Virus record (IMG/VR): IMGVR_UViG_3300017560_000009
Coordinates: 1-64,000 of that record
Length of the DNA: 64,000 nt
From: a virus
Taxonomy: Duplodnaviria > Caudoviricetes
Reading direction: 5' to 3' (one strand)
A program made the translations under genes and the position numbers. Position 1 is the stretch's first letter. Every line of letters begins with the position of its first letter. The notes beneath the pieces are model-generated. The model was given only the letters and a program-made list of their open reading frames with translations, searched no databases and was not told where the DNA came from. Of the stretch, positions 34,922 to 45,086 are shown in pieces.

Positions 34922-37900
34922 ATGCCTGATCTCAAGATTAGCGAGTTCGAAGAACGGACTCCGCTGCAAGGTACGGAAGACATTGCCGCAGCCGATGCTG
35001 GGTTGAACGTGCGCTTCAAGGTCTCCACCTTGCGCCTGTTCTTGAACGCTGCCTGGGGAGAATACGCGGGCTTCATCAAGGCTGCTGAACGCACCAAGCT
35101 CTCCAACATCGCCACAGCTGCGACCAAGAACAGACCCGACTTGGAGCTGCTGAACCGCGAGAACCACACCGGCTCGCAGTCCGTGAGCACGATCACGGGT
35201 CTGGGCAAAGTAGCCACGTCCAACCAGTACAACGACCTCGACGGCAAGCCTGCCGCTATCGGTCTGGCTACCAGTGCAACCGCTGGTCTCGTCGCGCTCA
35301 GCCCTGGCATGACGCTCGACCCCATCACCAACCAGCTGTACGTGACGCGCATGACCCAGCGACCCTCGCTGGATCCCATCATGAAGTCGCCCAAGATCAC
35401 GCTGGCCAACTCCGACTACACCGCCGCTGGCGATGGCACGGGGCAGGGTACTGTGATCGGCACGACCGGCAACTTCGCCGGCAAGTGGTACTTCGAAGTC
35501 GTGTTCGCGGCTGGCACGGCCAACGTGGATAACGCAGTGGGCTTGGCCACGCTCGACGCGGATCTCGACCTCATCCCCGGCGTGGCTGGCCCTGGTGCTG
35601 CGATCCGCCAGACGACCGGCGCGATCTCGGTAGACGCGGGGGCCGTCACGGGCAATGCCCAGGCCTTCAACACCGTCAGCAACGTGGTGCGTGTCGCGCT
35701 CGACGCTGCGGCCGGCCGCGTGTGGTTCGCGGTCGGCAACGCGCCGTGGAACGGCAGCTCCAGCGCCAACCCGGCCACGGGGGCTGGCGGCTTGGTCATC
35801 GGTAAACGCAAGCTTTATCCTTTCGTCTCGGTGGCTTCTGATGCAAGCTTCACCGTGCGCTTCGGCGGCACGATGAGCTTCACCACGCCGGCAGGCTACG
35901 CGCCGTGGGCGACCTCGACGCAAGCCATCCGATTGGCGGACTTGACCGACGTTGACTCGTCGGGCTGGGAAGCGGATCTCGTGCTGAAGTTCGACGTGGC
36001 CAGCGGCAAGTGGAAGGCGTTGCCGGAAGCCGATTACGTCGTGCAGGCAACCGCGCTGGTCGGACAGGCCACCCAGGCTGCGGAAGATGCGCTCGCGGCC
36101 AAGGACGGGGTGGACGCGACCGTCACCACGGTGCAGGGCTACGCGGCCGAAGCGCTGGCCAGCAAGAACGCAGCGGCCAGCAGCGCTACCGCCGCCGCCG
36201 ACAGTGCCTCGGCAGCGGACGCGAGCAAGACCGCTGCGGCCAGCAGCGTCACCACTGCGGCCGGGCATGCGACTGCGGCCAACAACTCCAAGACGGCAGC
36301 GGAAACGGCCAAGACGGCGGCGGAAACGGCCCGCGACACGGCTGTGACGGCGGCGAACTCGACGGCGGCGGATGTCACCGCCGCCGAGCTGGCCCGCAAT
36401 CAGGCCGCAGGCAATGCGACGGTGGCGCAGTCCGCTCGTGACGCCGCTGAAGGCAGCGCCACGGCAGCGGCCGGCAGCGCGAGCGCAGCGCTGGCCAGCA
36501 AGAACGCAGCGGCCGACAGTGCCACGGCAGCGGATGGCAGCAAGACGGCAGCGGCGAACAGCGCCACGGGTGCGGCCAGCGCCAAGACGGCAGCGGAAAC
36601 GGCCCGCGATCAGGCGGTCACGGCGGCGAACTCGACGGGGGATAACGTCACCGCTGCCCAGGCGGCACGGGATGCCGCAGCGGGAAGCGCCACGGCAGCG
36701 GCGAACAGCGCCACGGCAGCAGACGCGAGCAAGACTGCTGCTGCGGCGAGCGCCGCTGCGGCGGCACAGAGCGCGGAAGATGCGGAGGCAGCGGGCGCGG
36801 GCTGGCAAGCGGGCTTGGCCGAGGCCGGGATCCCGAACGCCAAGGTGCTCACCGGCACCGTGGACTGGCAGACGCTGGACAAGTCCGGGTATTTCATCCT
36901 GCCTTCTATCGGCACGAACGGCCCGCCCGTGGAGTCCTCGTACTTCGGCACCGTGCTGGCTCACGTTGAGGTGGCAGCGGACGGTTCGCGCCAGATCTGG
37001 GCGTATCTGAACGCGCTCGACAGCACATGGTCGGCCCAGGCATGGACGATGGCGCGTCGGCCGTCCGGGGTGTGGAAGCGCTGGGAACCGATGGGGGGCT
37101 TCTCGTATCGGCGCACGCGCAGCTTGAACATGGGCAGCGCGACCCTGGCAGCGGTGGACCGTGGCAACTTGTTGGCTGTCACCCCCGTTGCAGGCAATAC
37201 CTTCACTCTTCCTGATCTCAACGCCAGTGGGGTAAATGCCGGCGATGCGTTCACCTTCTACAACTACTCGGGTAGCACCCAGCTCGTTATCAAGCCCACG
37301 GGAACCAACCAGATCTGGTACATGCCTGATGGTAGGCTTCCTCGTGACACGTCCAACGTCTATTCCGTTACGTTGAACCCAGGGGAAAGCATCACGCTGG
37401 TGGTCAACGATAACCGTGTCAACTGGGTGCCTCTCAACTATTCGAAGGCACCTCCTGCGGTTCGAATTCCCGTCATAACGAACGGGATCAACCTCAACAC
37501 CTTGATCGTGCCGGGGGTCTATAGTTTCTCTGGAAGTCAGGCGGTGCATGCGGACGCCGTTGGCTGGCCCGCTGGGATCTCGTCTCAAGATGGATTCATT
37601 GAAGTCATGCCGTCCGGATCGGCTGCATTAAATGATGTCTTCCAGAGGATCACCTTCGTCCCCTCGACCAGCGGCTACAAGGCGGTGAGCTATGAGCGCA
37701 TGATCCTGAACGGAACGCCTACCGGGGGTCGCCAGTGGCGCATCGTTGGTCCTGTCTCCCACTATGATCTGCTGCCCACGGCCAACAACGGCCCAGTGTA
37801 TGTGGATGAGGTGGGGGATGTGTGCGTGTGGGATACGCTGGACAGCAAGTATTACAAGGACAAGACCTACAGCCAGATGATCACCTGGGTCTTCTCGACC

Positions 37901-38506
37901 TCCTGGATGCCGCCGCGTTGGTGCAAGTACGCTCGCATCGTGGAGATGATAGGCGGCGGTGGCGGCGGCGGCACCGGACCCAACTTCTCCACTGGCCTTG
38001 CTGGCGCGGGGGGCAGTGGCGGGTACGCGGGCCAGAGCCTTACCCGGAACTCGTCGTACCTGGAAATCACCTTGACCCCCGGTGCGGTCATGGACGTTGT
38101 GATCGGAGCGGGTGGGGCCGGAGGCAACGACACGACCAACGGAGCCGCAGGGAACCAGGGCGGTCTGACCTCCTTCGCTGGTAAGACAGTCACAGGCGGG
38201 CAGGGAGGGGGGAAGGCGTCAGGGGCGTATCCCAGCGGGATGGGTGTGATCGGCGAGAAAGGCTGGCCGGCCACTGTGACCAACCAGCGTGGTGGCTCGG
38301 GCGGCGATGGTCAACCCTCTCGGTTCGGCCCTGGTGGCACCGGGGGTCTTGGTGGCTCGGATTCCATCGCGCCGCTTCCTGGAAACGTCGCACCCAACTA
38401 TTCTTACGGCGCGGGCGGCGGTGGCGGTGGTGGCTCGGTGAGCGGAGTCGGAAATGCGAAGAACGGCGGCAATGGCGCCCCTGGCATCATCATCTTGGAG
38501 TATTGA
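34922..38506 (+). CDS. Long tail fibre with a SPRY-like domain, Ala-rich stalk and Gly-rich C-terminus
   Basis: MPDLKISEF start; GKWYFEV...VALDAAAGRVWF...ANPATG (SPRY-like); Ala/Thr/Ser repeats; GGGGGGG...GAPGIIILEY terminal domain. Confidence 0.8.
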   Translation: MPDLKISEFEERTPLQGTEDIAAADAGLNVRFKVSTLRLFLNAAWGEYAGFIKAAERTKLSNIATAATKNRPDLELLNRENHTGSQSVSTITGLGKVATSNQYNDLDGKPAAIGLATSATAGLVALSPGMTLDPITNQLYVTRMTQRPSLDPIMKSPKITLANSDYTAAGDGTGQGTVIGTTGNFAGKWYFEVVFAAGTANVDNAVGLATLDADLDLIPGVAGPGAAIRQTTGAISVDAGAVTGNAQAFNTVSNVVRVALDAAAGRVWFAVGNAPWNGSSSANPATGAGGLVIGKRKLYPFVSVASDASFTVRFGGTMSFTTPAGYAPWATSTQAIRLADLTDVDSSGWEADLVLKFDVASGKWKALPEADYVVQATALVGQATQAAEDALAAKDGVDATVTTVQGYAAEALASKNAAASSATAAADSASAADASKTAAASSVTTAAGHATAANNSKTAAETAKTAAETARDTAVTAANSTAADVTAAELARNQAAGNATVAQSARDAAEGSATAAAGSASAALASKNAAADSATAADGSKTAAANSATGAASAKTAAETARDQAVTAANSTGDNVTAAQAARDAAAGSATAAANSATAADASKTAAAASAAAAAQSAEDAEAAGAGWQAGLAEAGIPNAKVLTGTVDWQTLDKSGYFILPSIGTNGPPVESSYFGTVLAHVEVAADGSRQIWAYLNALDSTWSAQAWTMARRPSGVWKRWEPMGGFSYRRTRSLNMGSATLAAVDRGNLLAVTPVAGNTFTLPDLNASGVNAGDAFTFYNYSGSTQLVIKPTGTNQIWYMPDGRLPRDTSNVYSVTLNPGESITLVVNDNRVNWVPLNYSKAPPAVRIPVITNGINLNTLIVPGVYSFSGSQAVHADAVGWPAGISSQDGFIEVMPSGSAALNDVFQRITFVPSTSGYKAVSYERMILNGTPTGGRQWRIVGPVSHYDLLPTANNGPVYVDEVGDVCVWDTLDSKYYKDKTYSQMITWVFSTSWMPPRWCKYARIVEMIGGGGGGGTGPNFSTGLAGAGGSGGYAGQSLTRNSSYLEITLTPGAVMDVVIGAGGAGGNDTTNGAAGNQGGLTSFAGKTVTGGQGGGKASGAYPSGMGVIGEKGWPATVTNQRGGSGGDGQPSRFGPGGTGGLGGSDSIAPLPGNVAPNYSYGAGGGGGGGSVSGVGNAKNGGNGAPGIIILEY

Positions 38507-39075
38507 TCATGGCAGTTGTCGAAGCAGTGCGTAAGCTGGTTGTGGCGGGGGTTGGTGAACCCCTTAACGGTGAGGTGGTGAACGTGGTCGTGGCCGCGCC
38601 GGGGTTCCGGCTCCCCGGCTTCACGTTGATGGCCTCGGAAGAGGGCGGGCTGGGCTGGCAGTACGTGAACGGGGTCTTGACCCCGCCACCGACCTCGCCC
38701 GTGGAAGAGCCGCCCACAGCGGCCCAGCTGAAGCGCGAGGCCATCACGCGCATCAACGTGGCCAGCGAACAGGGCTTGCGCCAGTACCTGGAGATATACC
38801 CCGAGTACGAGATCCAGACGTGGCCCAAGCAGGAAGCCGAGGCGCGGGCCTGGGCGCTGGACGCGAACGCGCCAACGCCCACTTGTGATCTCATCATGGC
38901 CGAGCGCGGGCTGACCAAAGAGGACTTCATGCAGCGCGTGATCATCAAGGCGGATCTCTTCACCGAGATGTCCGGGCGCGCAGCCGGCAAGCGCCAGCGC
39001 CTGGAAGATGAGATCACGGCGCTGGCCGACGACGACCCTGATCTCGCGGCCAAGCTCGACGCTATCGTTTGGTAG
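38503..39075 (+). CDS. Tail fibre assembly chaperone-like protein
   Basis: YPEYEIQTWPKQEAEARAW...APTP...GKRQRLEDEI is typical of fibre-associated chaperones. Confidence 0.7.
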   Translation: MIMAVVEAVRKLVVAGVGEPLNGEVVNVVVAAPGFRLPGFTLMASEEGGLGWQYVNGVLTPPPTSPVEEPPTAAQLKREAITRINVASEQGLRQYLEIYPEYEIQTWPKQEAEARAWALDANAPTPTCDLIMAERGLTKEDFMQRVIIKADLFTEMSGRAAGKRQRLEDEITALADDDPDLAAKLDAIVW

Positions 39076-39085
39076 CACAAACGAC

Positions 39086-39118
39086 AAAAAGCCCCACACC
39101 GCAAGGTGTGGGGCTTTT
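39086..39118. terminator. Bidirectional terminator between the late and replication arms
   Basis: AAAAAGCCCCACACC-GCAA-GGTGTGGGGCTTTT. Confidence 0.9.
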
Positions 39119-39135
39119 CTCATGACGGACGCCTG

Positions 39136-39759
39136 CTACAGCGCCAGCACTTCGGCATAGACTCGATTCATCGCCGCACGTAGGGCGTCTTGCTCGTCCT
39201 TGTTGTTGATGATCACATGGTCGAACAACTCGTCTGCCAACGGGATTTCCGACTGGTGTGTGATGTCGGGTTTAGGTGCCCAAGGTGCGAAGATCTTCAC
39301 GAAGGTCGTGTCGAAGTCCCGCTCAAGCATCTCGTACTCGGTGGCGAACCGCAAGTCGTCCACAAGGATGACATGGCCAGGGCTTCGCCGCCAATGTTGC
39401 TCGATCTTCATCTTGGCCAGATGAACCCACAGGTTGGGGTGGATGATGTTGCGGCCCCACTCGGTTCCCAGCGTTTGCTGGAGACGACGCGGCGTGACGC
39501 CGAACAACTCCTGGATCGGCAGCGACTTCATCATGGGATCTTCCATCGACTTCACGGCCATGTCTGGCGCGTCACCCATGTAGATCAAGAGCGTGGCCAG
39601 CATGTTCTTGATCGGCGCGGCGAACTTCACCACGTCCAGGCCGTGCGCCGACACCAGATGCTTGGTCGAAGTGGTCTTGCCGTGGGATGCGGCACCGTGG
39701 ATGGCGATGACTTTGGGCCTGCCAGCCTTTGGTAGCAATCTTTTGGTTGAGTCAGTCAT
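39136..39759 (-). CDS. Deoxynucleoside monophosphate kinase
   Basis: P-loop GAASHGKTT, KFAAPIK, TPRRLQQTLGTEWGR, DDLRFATE. Confidence 0.9.
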   Translation of the reverse strand: MTDSTKRLLPKAGRPKVIAIHGAASHGKTTSTKHLVSAHGLDVVKFAAPIKNMLATLLIYMGDAPDMAVKSMEDPMMKSLPIQELFGVTPRRLQQTLGTEWGRNIIHPNLWVHLAKMKIEQHWRRSPGHVILVDDLRFATEYEMLERDFDTTFVKIFAPWAPKPDITHQSEIPLADELFDHVIINNKDEQDALRAAMNRVYAEVLAL

Positions 39760-40996
39760 TGCTGGACCCTCCAGAATCGCCGCCAGCGCCCGATTCGGAG
39801 CTGGGTAAGGGGTCAGTGTGGGTAGCACCAGAAAACGCTTCACGGGGCTTCTCCTGGCCTTGTTCCACGGCGATGGCGAAAGCCAGCGCCGTGCCGTCAT
39901 CCAGAGGGTACTGGTAGCCGGGTTTTCGGTTCTGGCGCGCCGTGAATTCCAGGCCGGAAGTCAAGCCACCATGACCTCTTGACTTTTCCGTCTCCATTCG
40001 GGAGAAGCTTGTCTTCGTCGGCAGCTCGGCCGTCCCCAGCTCGCGCACCACACGCTCGTTCATCCAGCTGCGCACCTCGGCGGCGCGGGCGTTGCGGATG
40101 GCCCAGTCCTCTCCCGTCCACTTGCGCTTCAGGATGCCGACTTGCCGGCCTTCGTTGCGGTCGCGCATCTCGGCCTCGGCTTCAACCTGATAGCGGTACT
40201 GCCGCCATCCTTGGACGTTGCCGTACTGCTTCTCCATGCCTTCCATCGGCCGCAGCTGGTGCTCGGTCGGCGAAGCGTGGACAGGACGAGATCCCACCAG
40301 CAGGTCATGACGGGAGATCTCTTTCTCGATGGCAGCGTTGCCGTCGAACGGGGCCACGCTCACGCGAGCGCAGCGTGCGGCCGAGACCTTGAGCTGGGTG
40401 TCCAGCGGCAGCTCCTTGCGCTCTTGCCGGCTGATGTACGGCAAGTGCCACTCGTCGTAGCCCAAGGGCATGGGCGTCGAGAGTTCGATGGCCGTCATGA
40501 TCTCGATGGCCAGATCTCGGATAGTCGGATCGGCGTCGGCGTGGCAGCGCAGGACCGCGTAGGCGTGCCAGGACTTCTCGGAAGCCGTGATCAGCGTGTT
40601 CATGTACTGATACGGCTCGGTGACGCGGTTGGCCACTTGCTTGTGCGCGCCCAGCTTCATCATGCCCCACGACATGACGGCAGCGAACTTAGCAGCCATC
40701 GACCACAGCGTGCGCACACCGAAGAGACGCCAGCCCGTCAGCTCCGCGCCGGCCTGCATGCCAGCCTTGTTGCTTCCCCATTCGACCGGCATGGCCGGGT
40801 CGTTGAAGATCTGGGCCAGCATCTTCTTGACAGGGATCGCACGCGAGGATCCAGAGTTGCGGTTCTGGTTGCGGTGCGTGAGCTGTTCAGCATGGACGAT
40901 GCGCGGGTAGCGCAGCTGAAGCGTGATGACCCGCTTGCCAGCCGGGGAGATCGAATCTTCGATCACCTTGGCTGTGATGGTTGGTTTTAGTTTCAT
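39752..40996 (-). CDS. thyX: Flavin-dependent thymidylate synthase with a C-terminal extension
   Basis: YPRIVHAEQLTHR...SSRAIP, HKQVANRVTEPY, SAARCARVS, HASPTEHQ. Confidence 0.85.
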   Translation of the reverse strand: MKLKPTITAKVIEDSISPAGKRVITLQLRYPRIVHAEQLTHRNQNRNSGSSRAIPVKKMLAQIFNDPAMPVEWGSNKAGMQAGAELTGWRLFGVRTLWSMAAKFAAVMSWGMMKLGAHKQVANRVTEPYQYMNTLITASEKSWHAYAVLRCHADADPTIRDLAIEIMTAIELSTPMPLGYDEWHLPYISRQERKELPLDTQLKVSAARCARVSVAPFDGNAAIEKEISRHDLLVGSRPVHASPTEHQLRPMEGMEKQYGNVQGWRQYRYQVEAEAEMRDRNEGRQVGILKRKWTGEDWAIRNARAAEVRSWMNERVVRELGTAELPTKTSFSRMETEKSRGHGGLTSGLEFTARQNRKPGYQYPLDDGTALAFAIAVEQGQEKPREAFSGATHTDPLPSSESGAGGDSGGSSND

Positions 40997-41053
40997 ATGT
41001 CCTCTGTTGAAGAACCCGCTGCCGCCCCTGGCAGCGGGTGGCATACCGAAGGA

Positions 41054-41668
41054 TTACGACGCGGTGTGAGCAGCACCATCCTTGTCGGCACGCGCTTCGG
41101 CCGCTTGGTCCGAGTAGCCGGCTGCGCCATAACGCGCCTGCGTACCCGAGAGCAGCTTCTGGTTGTTGGCGGTGAAGAGTTCTTCCAGGCTGGAACCCAT
41201 CAGATCGGCGGTCATCTTGACCAGATACAGGGTCTGGCCGAAGGCCACGGACAGCTCGACCTTCTTCTGGACCAGGATGTCGTCGTCTTCCAGGGCCAGC
41301 TCGGACAGCGTGCCGATCAGCGAACCCAGCGCGTAGGTGATGCGCTCCAGGCGGCGGGCTTCGTCGTCTTCCGGCGAGAATTCGACTTGGTACATGACCG
41401 GGCGCATCTCGTAGTTCGTGGCAGCGAAGCCGATGGCGATGTACCAGCAGGTGTCGGCCAGCTCTTCGAACATGCCGAAACGCGGCGTGGCTTCACCTTC
41501 CTTGCGCGGCGTGTCGATGTTCTTGCCGTAGATGGCCACGCGCTTGACCTGACTGGCGAACTCGCCGATCTCGGTAATGCAACCGATGATCGCATGGCGC
41601 AAGCGCTTCGGCAGGGGGAAGGGCTTCTCGGTTTGCAGAGCGCCGTTTTGGTAAGCGATGATGTTCAT
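41054..41668 (-). CDS. MazG-like NTP pyrophosphohydrolase
   Basis: TEIGEFASQVKR...EELADTCWY EXXE/EXXD helices; TAATG coupling to the upstream gene. Confidence 0.8.
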   Translation of the reverse strand: MNIIAYQNGALQTEKPFPLPKRLRHAIIGCITEIGEFASQVKRVAIYGKNIDTPRKEGEATPRFGMFEELADTCWYIAIGFAATNYEMRPVMYQVEFSPEDDEARRLERITYALGSLIGTLSELALEDDDILVQKKVELSVAFGQTLYLVKMTADLMGSSLEELFTANNQKLLSGTQARYGAAGYSDQAAEARADKDGAAHTAS

Positions 41669-42009
41669 TAGTAGGTTTCCTTCGGTGCGGTGAACCATGC
41701 GGTTCGAGGTTGAGAGATAACGGGTACTGCGTATTGGATGATGTAGTCGCCCTCACGGGCCTGCACCATCGAGATCCTGCCTTGATCGTGCGCGAGGCGG
41801 GCTTCAGCCAGAACCACCAAGTCCGGTTCAGGCCATGCACGTTCCCATGCACGCTTTCGTGAGATGACCAGATGAAGTTTCTGCGGGGAACCCCACCCCA
41901 CCATCCGGCATTCCTTTATCACGGCGACCACTTCATCGACCGTGACCCTGAGTTGTCGGGATATGGACGCAGGCCCATATCCCATTTCGAGTAGTTGTTT
42001 TATGTTCAT
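41668..42009 (-). CDS. Hypothetical protein with an N-terminal HTH-like segment
   Basis: ATGA-coupled to sbcC; GYGPASISRQLRVT. Confidence 0.6.
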   Translation of the reverse strand: MNIKQLLEMGYGPASISRQLRVTVDEVVAVIKECRMVGWGSPQKLHLVISRKRAWERAWPEPDLVVLAEARLAHDQGRISMVQAREGDYIIQYAVPVISQPRTAWFTAPKETY

Positions 42010-44018
42010 TGCTTCAAAGGCAACTCGTAGATTACGTCCGCGATAGGTCGTTTGTGAGTCACCAGGATGACTTGCCGGATTGCGGGAGACAGGCGGCGCA
42101 GACATTCCGCCGTGAAGGCAGCACGCTCATCATCCATCCCTTCGTCTACTTCGTCCGCTTGGAACGACGAGAAGATGCTGTTGGTCATGATCTGCCCAAG
42201 TCCGATGCGAATAGCGAGGTTCGCAACGGCCTTGCCCGAACCAGACAACGTAGCGATGTCTGAACCGTCAACCTGGATATCGAAGTCCTCCGAGATAGTG
42301 ATGTTGTTCCGAACGCCGCCCGTCATCTGCGACAACAACAGGGACGCCACCTGATTCAAGGAAGGCACCAAGAACGACTTGATGACCACCTTGGCTTCTT
42401 GCACCGCAGCCTTGGCGCGAGTCAGATCCTCGGACTCTGCCAGCAAGGCTTCCATGCCTTCGACCTTCTCTTCGTAGGCCTTGAGCATATGGACGAACGC
42501 CTCGCTTTCGACTTCGTACTGCTTGGCCTGGGCAGCGCGAGTGATGACGGATTCCAGCTGCGCCTCGGTCGGCTCCAGCTCGATCATGCGCTCACGCTTG
42601 CGCGGGTAGTCTTCCATGAACACGTCATAGGCGCGCTTCTTCTCTTCGAAGAGCACCATGGCCGCGTCGAACTGCTGGCGCTTCTTCAGATCTTCCGAAC
42701 GATCCGGCAAACCGTTCAACTGCGCGGTCAATCCGGCCAGCTCTTCCGTGATGGCCGCGATGTCGTCGTCCGAATTCTTGAGGGCCACGGTGTGGTGCGC
42801 CATCGCGGTTTCGAAGTCCGACTCGGCCTTGCGCACGTCTTCTTCGTGCTGGGCCTGCATGCGCTCCCAACGCACCGCATGATCCTTCTTCAGCTGTTCG
42901 ATAGCGTCTTCGTTGGACACGATCTTGGCCGCAGCGTTGATCTGCGCCAGCGTGAGCGCCGGAGCTTCGCATTCCTGGACGGCCTGCATGTCCGGGTGCG
43001 ACAGCGCTTCCGCGATGGGCCAGTGGTGATTGCATGCGGGGCAGACGTGCTCGCCCTGGTCGATCAGCTTCTTCTTGGCCAACCATGCTTGGTGATGATG
43101 GTAAGCATCGCGCAGCGCGGCCAGTTGCTCGGCCGTGTGCGTCGGCACGATCAGCTCGGGCAACACCAGCTTCGGCTCGACCAGCGCAGGCACCTCGCGG
43201 CGCTCGGGCTTCTTCAGCCCAGCGCGCTCGGCCTGGATCCGTTGGGCGCGGGCGGTGCGGTCGGTCAGCTTGCTGCGCACGGCCTGCCGCTCGTCCAGCA
43301 GAAGCTGGAGGGTCGCCGCCGTCTCCTGCACGTCGGTCTCGGGCTTCTTCGGCTCTTCCGGCACGCGGGACAGCTCGGCCTTCAGGCCACGGAACTCGTC
43401 CACCAGCGGGCGCACGGCGTCCAGCTCGGCGGTCAAGACGGCAGCAGAAGCGTAGCCTGCGGGCTGGGTCGGCTCCTGGGGCCGCGTCAGCACCTCGGAC
43501 ATGCCCTCGGCGCGGCGGCGCTTCTCCAGCGCTTCCTTGCCCAGATCCTCGGCTATGCCGTCCAAGATGTGCAGGCCGATGGTCTGGTCCACCAGCCGCT
43601 TACGCTCGGTGGGCAGCGCGTCCGACAACGCTTCGATCTTGCCTTGCAGGCAGGCGTTGGCCATGGCGTAGACGCTGTAGCCGTAGCCGAACAGCTCGAT
43701 GATCTTCTGGTTCACGGGCTTGGTGCCGGTCGCAATCGGATCGCCGCCGTTGTCGTAGAGCGCAGCGTTCTTCAGCCCGCGCTCGACCATGTAGCGGTTG
43801 CCGCGCACGGTGAATTCCAGCGAGACCTTCAGATCCTTCTTGTAGCCCGAGGCCGACACGCGCAGCGCAGCCACGCCCCAGAGTGCAAAGGCGACCATCT
43901 CCAGGATGACCGACTTGCCCGATTCGTTCTTGCCCACGATGGCCGTCTGGCCTTCACCGAATTCGAGCGTGGTGTCGTCGTGACGGAAACCGTTTTGAAT
44001 GCGGATCTTATGCAGCAT
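42006..44018 (-). CDS. SbcC/Rad50-like SMC ATPase
   Basis: GKNESGKS, coiled coils with a central CPAC zinc-hook motif, LSGSG signature, DEVD, LVTH. Confidence 0.9.
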   Translation of the reverse strand: MLHKIRIQNGFRHDDTTLEFGEGQTAIVGKNESGKSVILEMVAFALWGVAALRVSASGYKKDLKVSLEFTVRGNRYMVERGLKNAALYDNGGDPIATGTKPVNQKIIELFGYGYSVYAMANACLQGKIEALSDALPTERKRLVDQTIGLHILDGIAEDLGKEALEKRRRAEGMSEVLTRPQEPTQPAGYASAAVLTAELDAVRPLVDEFRGLKAELSRVPEEPKKPETDVQETAATLQLLLDERQAVRSKLTDRTARAQRIQAERAGLKKPERREVPALVEPKLVLPELIVPTHTAEQLAALRDAYHHHQAWLAKKKLIDQGEHVCPACNHHWPIAEALSHPDMQAVQECEAPALTLAQINAAAKIVSNEDAIEQLKKDHAVRWERMQAQHEEDVRKAESDFETAMAHHTVALKNSDDDIAAITEELAGLTAQLNGLPDRSEDLKKRQQFDAAMVLFEEKKRAYDVFMEDYPRKRERMIELEPTEAQLESVITRAAQAKQYEVESEAFVHMLKAYEEKVEGMEALLAESEDLTRAKAAVQEAKVVIKSFLVPSLNQVASLLLSQMTGGVRNNITISEDFDIQVDGSDIATLSGSGKAVANLAIRIGLGQIMTNSIFSSFQADEVDEGMDDERAAFTAECLRRLSPAIRQVILVTHKRPIADVIYELPLKQ

Positions 44019-45018
44019 TGTGACGCTCCTTGTACATGGCCAGCACCTTCTCGGAGGTGGGCTGCGTGACTTCGTTCTTGGTGAGGCAGCGCGAGATGAC
44101 ATCGACCGTATCGAAGGACTCGGGATGCACGCTGATATCCACGAAGTCCTCGCCGTTGTCCTGGATGAGCTTGGTCGTGATCGCCCAGGCATCAATGGCG
44201 AAGTCCACCTTCTCGCCGGGTTTCAACTGGACGCGCAGCGCCTTGTCATGGAAGAAGGTCGGATCTTCAGCCAGCTTGGCGCGCACGGCTTCCAGCGGCA
44301 TGGTGATGTAGCGGTCGCTATCCGGGTCTTCCGCGTGCGAGTACGGCTGCATGGATCCGGTGTAGAGGATCTTCACCTCGCCCACTTCGTATTCCACGGC
44401 ATTGTGGTCATGCCCCGAGACCAGCAGCTTGCAGTACGGGCGCAGCTCGTTCAGCGGGATGCAGTTGTGCGGTTCCTCATCGAACGTCACGCGGTCCCAG
44501 TGGCCGACCACCATGTCGAACTCGTAGTCGTCGGCCGTCAGCTTCTTGGCCATGTCACGCGAGTTGATGAAGGGGTGCCAGGGCAAGAGGCCGATGCGCA
44601 GCACCGAGTCGTGGAACTCCAGGATCTCGGGTTGATCTTCGGTGATGATCAGACGGTCGCCCGATTCGATCATGCGGGCCAGGATGGCGTAAGACGACAC
44701 CTTGTCCACGTCACGCGAAGCATCGTGGTTGCCACGGATGACCACGATGTGCAGGTCCGGGTTGTTGCCGTAGGCATCCATGATGAGCTGGAAGAAGCGC
44801 ATCACGATAGCGTTGGGAACGGCGAACTGGTCGAACACGTCACCCACGATGATCACCACGTCCAGGCCTTCGGTGTTCAGCTCCGCTTCCAGCTGTTCCC
44901 ACTGGCTTTCCTCGCGCTCGCCACGGCGGTCCAGCGGCACGCCGGTCTCGAACTTGCGGCCAAGGTGGGGATCTCCGATCAACCCGATCTTCTTGCCTTG
45001 CAGTTCCAAAATCTTCAT
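44008..45018 (-). CDS. SbcD/Mre11-like metallophosphoesterase nuclease
   Basis: GDPHLG, GDVFD, GNHD, GHW, SGHDH. Confidence 0.9.
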   Translation of the reverse strand: MKILELQGKKIGLIGDPHLGRKFETGVPLDRRGEREESQWEQLEAELNTEGLDVVIIVGDVFDQFAVPNAIVMRFFQLIMDAYGNNPDLHIVVIRGNHDASRDVDKVSSYAILARMIESGDRLIITEDQPEILEFHDSVLRIGLLPWHPFINSRDMAKKLTADDYEFDMVVGHWDRVTFDEEPHNCIPLNELRPYCKLLVSGHDHNAVEYEVGEVKILYTGSMQPYSHAEDPDSDRYITMPLEAVRAKLAEDPTFFHDKALRVQLKPGEKVDFAIDAWAITTKLIQDNGEDFVDISVHPESFDTVDVISRCLTKNEVTQPTSEKVLAMYKERHNAA

Positions 45019-45033
45019 GGTTTCTTCTCCGGT

Positions 45034-45064
45034 AAAAAGCCCTCGGGTTCTTACGCCGAGGGCT
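45034..45064 (-). terminator. Rho-independent terminator
   Basis: Minus strand AGCCCTCGG-loop-CCGAGGGCT-TTTT. Confidence 0.65.
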
Positions 45065-45086
45065 GTACTACGTTGCGCTGGTTGGC

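Noticed and set aside
26736-38506. Diversity-generating retroelement or invertible fibre-switching cassette
   Set aside because: No RT, no template/variable repeat pair, no invertase and no inverted crossover sites were seen.
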